Source of the DNA: Pristiophorus japonicus
Taxonomy: Eukaryota
Assembly: GCF_044704955.1 (NCBI RefSeq)
Contig: NC_091980.1
Span: 33,790,001-33,854,000 of the forward strand
Length of the DNA stretch: 64,000 bases
Reading direction: 5' to 3'
The notes under the pieces: generated by a model
The model's input: the letters and a program-made list of their open reading frames with translations, nothing else
Databases searched by the model: none
What the model was told of the DNA's origin: nothing
Program-made: the position numbers and the translations under genes
Part shown: positions 22,202 to 34,589 of the stretch, piece after piece
How the letters are laid out: each line of letters opens with the position of its first letter
Numbering within the stretch: the stretch's first letter is position 1

Positions 22202-23070
22202 GTGCTCTTAGAGCTAACTGTAGGATATATCATTGTAATTATGCTTTCACAATAGCAAAAGAACAAAATGGAGATGGGGTGAGACTATTAATTAGTGAAA
22301 ATTCCTGTATTTTGGCATACTGGGTACATGGACAGGAATAACCAAAAGAGAACTGGTAAGGATTTTTATATGTAATATTGGCTGTATTTTTACAAATCAT
22401 ATTGGGAATCATGTTTCACTGCCTGCATGAAGTTGAGGAAGGTAAATCTCTGTGCAAGTGCACTTAAACATTTATGGTCTGTTTTTTTCTTATTGTTGAA
22501 GAGGGAGGCATTACAACTGGGCCTGATCTTGTCACATCTGTTGCCCACATATGTCCACATCCAGCTGAGATTACTGAATACTGATCAGTTCTAATGAAAA
22601 TAGATGGAATGCTATCTTTGGATTTCTCGAAAGTATTTTTGACCAATGTCAAATCAGCTTACAGTAAACAATGAAACACCCTACTTAGTTCAAACTGATC
22701 AATTTTTGGGGGAGGGTCAATGGCATGACCCATTCTATTTTAAAGTTTTCACATTTGCAGTTTTATCTGCTTGATTTGTTTAGACACATGGCAATTTAAA
22801 TTTGCACTGCTGATCTCTTGTCTCAAACCTCAAAGTTTGATTCAGTCTAACACATGTTGTATTTATTCATTGATTCTGTTAGTTGTATGCCTGAAACAAT
22901 TTGACATTTTGAAATCTCAGGAATTCTACTTAGAATGTATTTCAATCACTGGACTGAGCATTTTGTTGCATTATCTACAATCTTGCAGCAATAATAGTGA
23001 CCCTGATTTGTTAAGCCTCACACATTTGCAGTGCCATTCATTTTGGTTTACACTTCTAACCTATTGTATT

Positions 23071-23320
23071 GTGGAGGAAGTACATCTGGGAGGGCGCCGA
23101 GCACCCAGAGTCTCATCGCCGAGAACATGCAGAAATCAAGCGCAGGCAGCGGAAGGAGCGTGCGGCAAATCAGCCCCACCCACCCTTTCCCTCAACGACT
23201 ATTTGTCCCACCTGTGACAGGGACTGTGGTTCTCGTATTGGACTGTTCAGCCACCTAAGGACTTTTTTTTAAAGAGTGGAAGCCAGTCTTCCTCGATTCT
23301 GAGGGACTGTCTATGATGAT
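23071..23320 (+). mobile_element. RTE LINE 3' end
   Basis: WRKYIWEGAEH...CPTCDRDCGSRIGLFSHLRT followed by the ATGATGA tail. Confidence 0.85.
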
Positions 23321-23765
23321 TGTATTGTGCTTATGTGTGTCCTCTTGGGAGGGAAACAACAGCTACAGATGTTTAAATGGATTTGTAATTTGTCACTTGT
23401 TGATCACAAATCTCATTCCTGGATGTTGACTGTTGGACTTTCTAGAATACACCCACTAGAAATGAATGTTATTACTGCCTTGCTAATATTTTAATAAGGA
23501 TTTGGATTTTATTATAACGAGTTTCATAAGGAAAAGTTATTGACGTATTTGTTTGGGGATATGGATGTTGAGGGGGGGGGATATGGATGTTGAGGGGAGG
23601 GAAAGGGAAGAGGTGAGCAGGTGCAAGACAATGCTGCAGACAAAGGTGCCGGAAGGGTGGGGGGGGTGCTGGGAACCTTTTTTCCGAGTTGCAGTGGTTG
23701 TGGGGAGTGTTTGGGTGTTGGGGCCGGATGCACACCGTCCTCCTGGTGTTAGTCGTGCAGGGAAG

Positions 23766-23908
23766 ATGCACAGTTTGATGTCGCGGCTTAACTCGCTGTT
23801 CGCCTTCACACTGATGGTGATGGCGGCGCTGACCTTCCTCGTGTTCCTGAGCACAGCGTTCCCGCAACCCCGGGTACCAGTCAGCATCAGTGTGAGCGGC
23901 GTCTCTCT
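23766..23908 (+). CDS. SPCS3: Signal peptidase complex subunit 3-like (SPC22/23 family), exon 1 of 5
   Basis: GAAGATGC start; MHSLMSRLNSLFAFTLMVMAALTFLVFLSTAF (signal-anchor helix), cf. human [32 protein letters not shown]; donor CT|GTGAGT. Confidence 0.9.
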
Positions 23909-24044
23909 GTGAGTGCGGAGGGGCCGAGGGATTGGCTCTGAATAAGGGATTCCCCGGTGTGTGAGAATATGACTGTCCCAGGTTGTAAACTGGGCCCATA
24001 GCTCTTGGTGAAAACCTAATACAATTGATAATGACCAGGAACGA

Positions 24045-24470
24045 CCTGAAAAGGCTTGGGGCTCTTCTCTCCAGAAAAGAGAAGGCTGAGGTGAGGGGTG
24101 ACCTCATTCAGGGCTTCAAAATTATGAAGGCGTTTGATAGGTTAGACGGAGAGAAGATGTTTTTACTTGTGGGGGAGTCCAAAACTAGGAGCAATAAATA
24201 CAAAATTGTCACGAATAACTTCTGTAAAGAATTAGGGAGAAACTTATTTATCTAGAGAGTGGTTAGAATGTAGAACTTGCTACCACACGGAGTAGTTGAG
24301 GTGAAAAGCATAAATGTCTTTAAGGGGAAGCTAGATAAGCACAGAAGGGAGAAAGGAATAGAAGGATATGCTGATAGATTAAGTAAGATGGGAGGAGGCT
24401 TCTGTGGAGCATAAACACTGGCATAAAGCAGTTGGGCAGACTGACCTGTTTCTGTATTAATTCTGTGCAT
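24045..24470 (+). mobile_element. Old CR1 3' fragment
   Basis: RLGALLSRK...RGDLIQGFKIMKAFDRLD; degenerate CR1 3' UTR. Confidence 0.75.
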
Positions 24471-24799
24471 TCTATCTCTAATGTATCTTTGACTAACACT
24501 GCTCAACTGACTCTTAACATCTGAAATTTAGTTTGTCTCCTCTGATAACTTTACTACTCGCCTGTGGGGATGGAGGGTAGAGACTGGGTCATAGCTTTGA
24601 AATATTAATTATTGTCTTTTTAATATGCTTGCCATTATAACTTTAACACTAATTGGTTTGTTACTTTTAATATCCCAGTTACTAATTACATTCTGCCTTT
24701 CACATATATCATAGTTGATCATACAATTCTGACTGAGGACAGATGGTTCAAACTGTGGCATAGTTCTTTATTAATTATATTATATTTGATACAATTTAC

Positions 24800-25430
24800 A
24801 ACAATAAGTTACATTTATTTAGTGCCTTTTATGTAACCAAACGTACTGAGATACTTTACAAATAGTGGGCATCGAGCAGGAAGTAAGGCTGAAATGAAAA
24901 GAAGTGATCAGAAACACAAAAAGGTACATTTTGAGAATAAGGAGAATTCAGGCAAGGCTATGAGGTTTGAGATATTGCATTCAGAGTGCAGGGGCATGGT
25001 GGCTGAAGGCTCTGGCACCCAAGGTGGAGCAGCAGAAAGGCAGAGGTGCCAAGTGGCCCAGTGTTGGAAGAGAACATATAGAACGTAGAACTGGAGAAGA
25101 TTGCAGAGGTAGAATGGAGTGAAGCCATAGAGGAATGTGAAGATTTTGAAATTAATGTGCTGAGAGACAGGTAGCCAGTAGAGATGTTGATGATGGGTGT
25201 TTGGGACAAGATGAAGTCTACAGAATTCTGGATGAGTTGAAGTTTTTGTAGGGTGGAGAAATCGAACCTTGAGTTGACAAAGGTGCAAATAACGGTTTTG
25301 ATGATTGGGAATCTAGGCAAGTTATGTTTGGTAGGTGACTGGTGTTGGATCAATGTAGCATTTGACGATCAGATGGTGCTAAGGAGGCCACTGTAGTTGT
25401 TAACCAATTGCTTCAGGCTGTGTGAGCTTT
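24800..25430 (-). mobile_element. Degenerate L2-type LINE 3' fragment
   Basis: Minus frames give LQLIQNS and LYWLPVSQHINFKI, L2 RT C-terminal motifs. Confidence 0.65.
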
Positions 25431-27078
25431 TTATTAAATAATACTATCCCTTTGGCCCCTCACTTTTGCTTAATGTCATCTTAGTTTTTCATAATGATTC
25501 ATATACTTGGCAGTTCTGTTGGTAGGCTGTTACTGTCTATCTGTCAATGCACTACAGTTTCCATTATCACTATACCAGTTCCTTAATTTCTCATTTATTT
25601 GAATGAGAATTTAAGTGCAGGTGAGTACCTTTCAATTTAGTGTAACTTGGAAAAACCAAGCTATTTATTTTAAATCCTTTACAATTTTGATGTACTAGGT
25701 TTTCCAGCCTCTGATGCCTCTCGATCATCATCTAGGTTCGAAAAAGTGGCCAATCATTGCTGGAATGTTTGGAGCAGATCGATGCAGAGATTGTGATTGA
25801 TATCAACTGCACGCCACCCTGATGTTGCAGGAGAATAGCACAAAGTAGAAGGCTTAAAAGATGTGTTCTGTTCCCTAAATACAAAGGGGAATACTTGAAA
25901 GTATTTTCCCCTGCACCTACCTTCCTTAATATACTTAAGTTTTGGGTGTTTTTGTGTTTTGTTGGTGCGTTTTCTTGTCTTCTGTTCATATTCACTGGCT
26001 GTGCTCCTAGGTGTCACCGAAGCTTTAATCCTCTTATTTTACAGTATATTCTACTGAATTGGTCCATAATCTTAAATATTATGATAATGTTGAGAATGAC
26101 AACTTGTGCTTCAAAACTGGTTGTCATAAGACAGTTTGTGTGTAATTTTGGATAATTATGATTTGTTCCACTAACAACAAGAATGGGAATAGGAAAGGGA
26201 ATTTAAGGTAGGTTAGGTGTACTAAATATTTTACTCGTGTTTTTTCCCAGTATACTGTTTCAATATGTGCAAGAATAATGGTAAAAATGTATAAACCTGC
26301 TTTACTATATACCCATTACTTTTACATATTGTGTGGCAGAAAATTCCCTGGTAATCCCTGCAGTAATGACGCCACAATTGTTACTCTTTCAGTGTGAACG
26401 TTATCATGCATGAACGATGCCGCCACACGGATTTGATTGCTGAGCCCGGATTACAGCACCAGGTGTCAGTTTAAGCAAGGTATTACGTGAGATTTGCTCT
26501 CGCAATTTGTAATATCAGAATTGATTCATTGAATTACTGCCTAGTGGCTCCCTACCAGCCAATTGCTATCTTGTATTCACATTGTCTGTGCCAATGATAT
26601 TTCACAGCAATGAAAATATCCCCTTTATTATTGTGTGAAAGGATCACTGGCAGTCGCCAATACCTGGTGCCGCTTCTCAAAGCTGATTACCTCTCTCTTT
26701 GCCACAGCAGCAAAGAAGTCCAATACGAGCACAAATCTTAACGCCTTCTCACCCTGGGAAATTATGTAAAATGGCTGAATAATTTCTCGCTTTTAAAAAT
26801 GTCCTGTTGCCTTTTCTGTATTTAAACAGTAATGGGTGTATAATAGAACGTTGCCTACGCGGTGTTCGGCTAATGGGTTTTTCAGCCATTAAAATAAGAT
26901 TTTGTGAATTGTGTATCTTTCAAAGTATAAATAAAATACTCCAGATATGTGAAGTGAGAAGGTAAAGCCTCACCTGCTATAAATGAATATAAGAGCATCA
27001 GGCTGGGGGACGGGAAGGGGAAGAGTATTCCCTGTGTTTTGGACTACTTATTTTTTTTGTTTCTATTTTTTATTTCAG

Positions 27079-27143
27079 AAAGAAATATGAAGACTTCACA
27101 GGAAACTATGATTTAGGATCTATAAATTTTAGCGTCAATGTTG
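27079..27143 (+). CDS. SPCS3: SPCS3-like exon 2
   Basis: TTTCAG| acceptor; KKYEDFTGNYDLGSINFSVNV; followed by the U12-type donor ATATCCTTT. Confidence 0.88.
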
Positions 27144-27840
27144 ATATCCTTTTTTGTACTTGATTCTCTGTTATGAGGTGTCAAGATGAGGGTTGTTAGT
27201 GCTGAATAACTGGGACACTTTCCATTTCCTGAATTCCAGGTTAGGTATAGGAACATAGGAATTATTGGATGAAAAAAGACCACGGTCCATCCAGTTCATC
27301 GTCTACCATCTTAGTAGTCGTATGGTACAACGATAATGGTGTTGTAGACTAATTGCCATGATTAGACAAGACATAGGTACATACAAAATCGCAAAAGACC
27401 AGCTGGTCCATCGAGTCTGCCCCTCATATGACACGTGAAACATCACAATTAAGCACTCGTATCCACCTCTCCACCATCAGTCATGTAATCTCCTGGGAGA
27501 GGAAAAAAAACTCGAGGCCAATCAGGAGAAATTTTTTAAAAAATGACACTGTTCCACAGATTTAAGATAATTGGCAATAAAATCCAGAGGAGAAATGGAG
27601 GGCTATGGGGAAAGAGCAGGAGAGTGGAACTAATTGGACAGCTCTTCCAAAGATCTGGCACAGGCATAATGGGCCAAATTGCCTCCTCCTGTGCTGTACG
27701 ATTCTATAAGATGGAGAGCTTTGGGAACCATTGGTCCAAAGTCAGATGTTCTTCCCGAGCATGTTACAGTTACCATGTGTCATATCTCAAATTACTCATA
27801 CTGTATCAAGAGCCCATGTTTCCTTTAACTATATATCTAC
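27144..27840 (+). other. U12-type (minor spliceosome) AT-AC intron
   Basis: 5' ATATCCTTT at 27144; branch site TTTCCTTTAAC at 27819-27829; terminal AC at 27839-27840; splicing here keeps the frame (G|AT = Asp). Confidence 0.92.
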
Positions 27841-27917
27841 ATTTGGGGCCAATATTTAATTGGAATGTTAAGCTGCTTTTTCTGTATCTAGCAGCAGAGT
27901 ATGCTACAGAGAACAAT
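27841..27917 (+). CDS. SPCS3: SPCS3-like exon 3
   Basis: DLGPIFNWNVKLLFLYLAAEYATENN; donor AAT|GTAAGT. Confidence 0.93.
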
Positions 27918-28230
27918 GTAAGTTGAGTTTGCGCAGATGCGATATGCTGATGCTATACAAATTTAGTCTAAGTATACATTTATTTGGATGAGCAGTTTGC
28001 ATATTCTGACCTTTATGCATTATTTGTTTCAGTACTATGTTCCATCATTTCACTAACCGGATTCTGATATAGTTTTGCGCAGCAGTACATTACTGTTTTA
28101 TTCTGTGCCTTTTTAGTAACATTTACCTTCATGGTATAGTGCTTTCTTGAAATTCCTTCCTGCCCTTATTTATATTAATTTCTTGAAATTTGATCATCTT
28201 GTGTTTTTGTTCTGTTAACTTACACCATAG

Positions 28231-28346
28231 GTATTGAATCAAGTGATTTTGTGGGATAAAATCCTTAAGCGAGGAGAGTATCCTAGACTTGATTATCATG
28301 ATATGAGTCCCAAATATTTATTCTTGGATGATGCAAATGGTCTGAA
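28231..28346 (+). CDS. SPCS3: SPCS3-like exon 4
   Basis: CATAG| acceptor; [38 protein letters not shown]; donor GAA|GTAAGT. Confidence 0.93.
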
Positions 28347-28732
28347 GTAAGTGAAAAATACTTATATAAGAAAATGAGAAGAGAAAGAAAGTGAAAAAGT
28401 TGTTGATGAACTATACAACCTTTCTTGCTTGTTACCTGCATTTTGCTGCTGTAGGACTCAATGTTTTGGAGGGTTGACATTTTTGTTCTTCAATATAACC
28501 AGACTTTTCTTATGTTCTAAGCTATAAGTACCAGTGTTTCGAGGTTGTTCTAAAATTGTTATTCTATAAGTTCGTTGAAAGACAGTTGTGGGAAAACTAA
28601 AATTCATAAATCAAGGTCAAATTAGTGAGCATCTATAAATGCATCAAGGACAGCAGCATCCATTTGCTAAAGTTGAGTAATATTAAATAGTGTGCTTTGA
28701 AGTTGGGTAGATAAAAGAGATGTAGTGTAACT

Positions 28733-31700
28733 GACCATCAGTGGCAGGTCGGGGCCATAAAAGGAGCGGCGTGCAGTGGCCCAGGCAGCAGTGTGGAGGC
28801 CCCGACCTGCGAGAAACCATCAGCGGCAGGTCCGGGCCATAAAAGGAGCAGCAGCGGCCGTGGGCAGCGGAGAGGCTGAAAAGTCCCGTCCCCTCAGTAC
28901 AGATTCACACGAGGCATGTAGTGAAGTCAAGGTCACTCTGGACCTGCACCTTTATTTCACAGCTCTGGTATGCTGCACTTGCCTGAGACCTGTCCTTATA
29001 TACCTCTCTCTTGCAAGTACACCCCTGGTGGTAAGGTATGCTGGTGGTTACAGATCATATCTTATTACAGTCATGTATAGCATGTTAGGATACAGTTATA
29101 TATAATAATGTAAGATACATGACATCACCCTCCCCCAAGGTCTTATTGTCTTTATAGATTCAGTCTCTCAGGTGGTCTACGCTCTCGCGTGGAGCGTCTG
29201 AGTTGTGGTTCAGTTGTTTGCCTTGGTGTCTGTTTTTCTTTGGGTGTGGTTGCTGGTATCTCGCCTGGGCTGTCTGTTTCGATTGGTGTGATTGTTGTTG
29301 ACTCGCCTGGGCTGTCTGTTGGGATTGCCCTTTCCTCAGGTTGTTCCCTCTGTCTGTCCACCAGATGTGGTGCGAGTTCCACATTGTAGTCTGCCTCTGG
29401 TTCCGCAGTGTTGGTAAATCTGCTTTTGACTTGGTCTACATGCCTCCGGCAGGTTTTGCCATTGTCCATTTGTACTACCAGTAGCCTGTTTCCTTCCTTG
29501 CCCGTTACTGTCCCTGCAAGCCATTTGGGACCCCTGCCATAGTTTAGTACAAACACTTTGTCCCCTATCTCATTCCATTTCCCCCTCGAATTTCTGTCAT
29601 GGTACTCAGTCACCTTACGGCGCTTTGCCTCAACGATTTCGTGCATGTCTGGGAGGATTAATGAGAGCCTTGTTTTTAAAGTCCTTTTCATCAACAGTTG
29701 TGCGGGGGGGATCCCAGTCAGTGAGTGGGGACGAGATCTGTATGCCAGCAGTAGTCACGACAGGCGACCCTGCAGTGTGGGACCTTGGATTTTAAGCATG
29801 CCTTGTTTAATGATTTGCACTGCTCTCTCCGCCTGGCCGTTGGAGGCCTGCTTGAACGGTGCCGTCTTGACGTGATTTATGCCGTGGTCAATTATAAAGT
29901 CTTGGAATTCTGCGCTGGTGAAGCACAGACCATTGTCACTGACCAATATGTCAGGGATTCCGTGCTTTGCAAACATGGTTGCAAGGCTCTCCACAGTGGT
30001 GGAGGTTGTGCTCGAGTTTAAAATGGTGCATTCTCGATCCACTTTGAAAATGCATCTACAACTACGAGGAACAGTATGCCCATGAATGGGCCCGCATAGT
30101 CTACGTGCACCCGCGACCACGGTTCGTTAGGCCAGGGCCATGGGCTCAGTGGAGCCTCCCTGGGGGCATTGCTGAGTTGGGCACAAATGGTGCACCTTCG
30201 GATGCAGAGCTCCAAGTCCGTGTCAATACCAGGCCACCAGACGTGGGATCTGACTGTGGCCTTCATAAGAACGATCCCCGGGTGCTCGCGGTGGAGCTCC
30301 CGGACAAATGCCTCTCTGCCTCGCAGAGGCATGACTACTCGGCTGCCCCACATCAGGCAGTCTGATTGTAGTGATAGCTCATGCATGCGCCTGTGAAAGG
30401 GTTTTAATTCCTCGGGGCAGGCATCGCACGCCTCTGCCCAGTCACCGGTTAGGACACATCTTTTTACGAAGGATAACGTGGGGTCGCTGGCCGTCCAGGC
30501 TCTGATTTGGCGAGCCATCATGGGCGAACCTGTGGACTTAAAAAGGCATTGATTGCCATGACTATCTCACAGTCCTGTTCGTCAGACCCTTCCGTGGTCA
30601 CCAACGGTAGCCTGCTGAGCGCGTCGGCACAGTTGTCTGTGCCTTATGGTATAGTCGTAGGACGCCAGCATGAGTGCCCACCGTTGAATTCGAGGCGTTG
30701 GCATTTATTGCCTTGCTCTCGGATAGGAGGGACGTGAGGGGCTTGTGGTCCGTTTCTAACGCGAACTTGGCCCTGAAAAGGTATTGGTGCATCTTTTTGA
30801 CACCGTACACGCACGCGAGCACCTCCTTCTCTACCATTCCATACCCGCGCTCTGCCCGCGAAAGTGACCTGGAGGCATAAGCTATCGGTTGTAATTTGCC
30901 CGCACTATTGACATGTTGCAAAACGCACCCGACCCCATACGCTGACGCATCGCATGTGCAAACTAGCTTTTTACCTGGGTCAAAGAAAGTCAAAACACTG
31001 TTAGAACACAGAAGGTTGCATGCCTTATTGAAGGCGCGTTCCTGGGCGTCCCCCCAAAACCAATCGCACCCATTCCTGAGTAGCACGTGGAGAGGCTCCA
31101 GCAGCGTGCATAAGTTCTGCATAAAGTTCCTAAAGTAATTGAGTAGCCCGAGAAAGGCGTGCAGTTCTGAGACATTCCGGGGCCTGGGTGCCAGGTGAAT
31201 AGCTTCTGTTTTGGAATCTGTTGGGCAGATTCCATCAGTGGCAATCCTTCTGCTCAAAAATTCAACCTTGGTTGCGAGAAACAGGCACTTGGATTTCTTG
31301 ACTTATAGGCCTACCCGATCCAACCGCTTTAGTACTTCCTCCAAATTATGGAGATGGGAGTCGGTGTCCCTGCCCATGATAAGTATGTCGTCTTGAAATA
31401 CAACCGTTCCCGGGATGGACTTGAGCAGACTCTCCATGTTGCGCTGGAATATGGCAGCTGCTGACCTGATGCCGAATGGGCATCGATTGTACATGAAAAG
31501 GCCTCGATGTGTGTTGATGGTGGTGAGTAGCTTGGATTCCTCGGTCAATTCTTGCGTCATATACGCAGATGTGAGGTCTAATTTTGAGAAAAGTTTACCT
31601 CCAGCCAATGTGGCAAATAAGTCCTCCACTCTGGGCAGCGGGTACTGGTCCTGTAGGGAGACTCTGCTTATGGTAGATTTGTAGTCCCCACAGATTCATA

Positions 31701-34083
31701 CGGATCCATCAGGCTTCATGACTGGGACGATGGGACTTGCCCAGTCGCTAAATTCCACAGGTGATATAATGCCTTCCCGCAGAAGCCTGTCTAGTTTGTG
31801 TTCAATCTTTTCCCTCATCACATCGGGTACAGCTCTGGCCTTGTGATGGACCGGTCTAACATCCTGTGTGATGTAGATTTTGACTTTGGCCCCTTTTAAA
31901 GTGCCCACACCTGGCTGAAAGAGATGTTCAAATCGCTTTATAACTGTTGAGCAGGAGGTGCGTTCCTCTAATGACATGGCATGGACATCATCCCATTTCC
32001 AGTTTAGTTTTTCCAGCCAGCTTCTCCCCAGCAGTGCTGGGGGGTCTCTGGGGACAATCCACAGGGGAAGTCGGTTCACTGTCCCTTTGTGTGTGACAGA
32101 GAGCATGGCGCTGCCGAGGACTGGTACGATTTCTTTGGTATAGGTCTTTAGTGTGGTGTCGACCCTTGTGAGTTTTGGTCTGTCTCTTTTATGCGGCCAC
32201 AGTTGTTCAAATTGTTGAGCGCCCATGAGAGATTGACTCGCTCCCGTATCCAGCTCCATGTTGACAGATATCACGTTGAGTAGGACCCTCATCATTATAG
32301 GAGGCGTCCTGTTGTAGGAGCAGCGGCCATTGATCGTGTTGACCCGCTGTACATCGGTGTCCCGGGTACTGTCCCCACCATCTTCCGACCCATCCGATTC
32401 ATATACCAACCGAGCTGCCGTTTATTTTGCACATGCGGGCCAAATGCCCTGTATAGTCACAATTTCTGCAAACAGCCTGCTGAAATCGACATCCCCTTGC
32501 TGAGTGCCCACCCCCACACCTCCAGCACAGACCTGTTCCATTGTTCAAAGTATTTCCAAAGAATGAGCTGCGTCTGGCTGATCTCTCTTGAGCTTCTCTC
32601 GGTTTGTAGTTGATTGCTCTCATTGTGAGTTGGTGAGCTGTAAACGGCCGTTCCTGTGGCCCTTGATGGCTTCTGCCTGCTGTCGAGAGCCTGTTCTCCC
32701 GGTTTTGTCTGTGTGTGGGGGTAGCAGCTTGTTTAGTGCTGTGAATTTCTTGTTCCGATATTTCATTAGTTGTCGTACCTGCATTGTAAATCAACCTCAT
32801 TTCTTCTTCCCCCTACCAAGAATGTCTGTGCAACCAGTGCTGCTGCCTCTAAGGTCAGGTTCTTGGTCTCTGAACTTTCGGAATATGCCTGCGTGGCCTA
32901 TTCCTTCAATGAAAAAGTCTCTCAGCATTTCTCTCCTCAGTTCATCGGAGAGCTCACATAAACTAGCCAACCTCCGAAGTTCCGCCACAAAGTCGGGTAT
33001 GCTCTGACCCATACAGCGTCTGTAGTTGTCGAACCTGTGTTTTGCCATGTGTAGGCTGCTCGCTGGCTTTAGGTGGTCTCTTACCAGCGTGCTCAATTCT
33101 TCAAACGACTTGCTTGCTGGTTTCTCAGGTGCCAACAGATCCTTCGTTAAAGCGTATGTTTTCGAGCCACAGCTGGTCAAGAGATGGGCTCTTCTCTTGT
33201 CTGCCTTATCGTCGCCTAACCAGTCTTTGGTTACAAAGCTTTGCTGGAGCCTTTCGATAAAGTCCTCCCAATTGTCTCCCGCATTGTACTTTTCATCTGA
33301 TCCGTTGTTCGCCATTCTGTGGATTCTGTAATCCCATAACTCGTCGCCACTGTAAAGTCCTGTCCCCCTCAGTACAGATTCACACGAGGCATATAGTGAA
33401 GTCAAGGTCACTCTGGACCTGCACCTTTATTTCATAGCTCTGGCATGCTGCAATTGCCTGAAACCTGTCCTTATATACCTGTCTCTTGCAAGTGCACCCC
33501 TGGTGGTAAGGTATGCTGGTGGTTACAGATCATATCTTATTGCAGTCATGTATAGCATGTTAGGATACAGTTATATATAATAATGTAAGATACATGACAG
33601 AGGCCACTGCAAGGTACAGCGCGAGCTGGTGCAGGAGGGCAATGGCAGCGAAGAGTGACGTCAGCAAGGTCCAGGTTGGTGATTGGAGCTTGGGCAGATG
33701 CAGCAGGAGCGGCGAGGTCGGGCCGAAGGAGCGGTGAGAGACTGTGGAGGGATGTGATCGGGGCCCAGGGGAGGCATGAGTTCGAGGCCAGGGGCAGCAC
33801 GGCCAGCCCACACTGCGATATGTGTGCGTACTAGGTCCGTGCAGCAGAGCAGGTCTCCAGTTGTCTTGGGTAATCCTTGCCACTGGACCAAAACCTAGCT
33901 CTGTCAATCCCGTGTGGTGGCTGGTGTGCAACGGCCCCCACACGTTAAAAAAAATCCATGCACAGGCATCTTCCACCCTTGAGGATGTAATTCGGGTTTT
34001 TCATTCGAAACACCTGTGAACTCATCCTTTTTTTGGCGTGGAAGCAAGTCATCCTCGTTTCGAGGGACCGCCCATGATGATGA
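28733..34083 (+). mobile_element. SINE-like non-autonomous element with an RTE-type 3' tail (28733-28876 plus 33600-34083), split by a Gypsy insertion
   Basis: Sequence is contiguous across the GAGGC TSD; ends GTGGAAGCAAGTCATCCTCG...ATGATGATGA like the RTE copies; a reverse copy lies at 54680-55190. Confidence 0.7.
28877..33599 (-). mobile_element. Full-length Gypsy (Mag-like) LTR retrotransposon, decayed, in SPCS3-like intron 4
   Basis: LTRs 28877-29124 and 33351-33599 (TG...CA); 5-bp TSD GAGGC; PBS 33330-33349 resembling the tRNA-Ser(GCU) 3' end; PPT next to 29125; gag with two CCHC-type knuckles, PR LDTGAS, RT FQDD, RNase H, integrase SDNG/SNGQAER; frameshifts. Confidence 0.95.
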
Positions 34084-34589
34084 GTGTAACTGGATTTTCA
34101 GAAGCCATTTTATAAGGTATCTCACAGGAGGCTTGTTTAAAAAAAAAATCAGGCTTATAGTACAGGTATAGGAAAAATGTAGCAGCATAGATTGAATGTA
34201 GGTTCATGGACAGGAAACAAAGGGTTAGGGTTAAACTGTGTTACTTGGATTGGAGAAGGGAAGTGATTTACTCCAAGGGTCAGTGCTGGATCCATTTTTG
34301 TACCACTTGGCAATAGGAACATATCAAAATTTGCTGATGTTACAAAGGTAGGAGGACAGTAAAACAGGTTGGGGAAGTGGGAAGTCACATGGCACAAGCA
34401 ATTTAACACGGAGAAATGTGAAGTAGTAGCATCTTACTGTCATTTATCTCCCATCTCCCCCATGCCCTCTTCGAGATCATCTTGTCATGAGACTGCTCTC
34501 TTTACCCCATTTCCACTAAAATACTTCCACAGTTAAGTATAAGTAATGTGTTTTTGAGCCATATAGATTGCATCAATTCCATCTTTTTT

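Noticed and set aside
23553-23765. N-terminal extension of the SPCS3-like ORF
   Set aside because: G-rich low-complexity sequence; homology and signal-anchor topology begin at the ATG at 23766.
25732-26155. Overlapping 86-87 aa ORFs in SPCS3-like intron 1 with minus-strand splice-like sites
   Set aside because: No recognisable protein similarity, and the implied intron (~47 nt) is too short for a vertebrate.
26332-26766. Possible old MITE (GGCAGAAAATTCCCTGG ... CCCTGGGAAATTATGT)
   Set aside because: The inverted repeat is too degenerate and no TSD can be verified.
27543-27926. 127-aa ORF as a single exon
   Set aside because: Only 27841-27917 is SPCS3-like; the rest is U12 intron sequence containing CR1 fragments.
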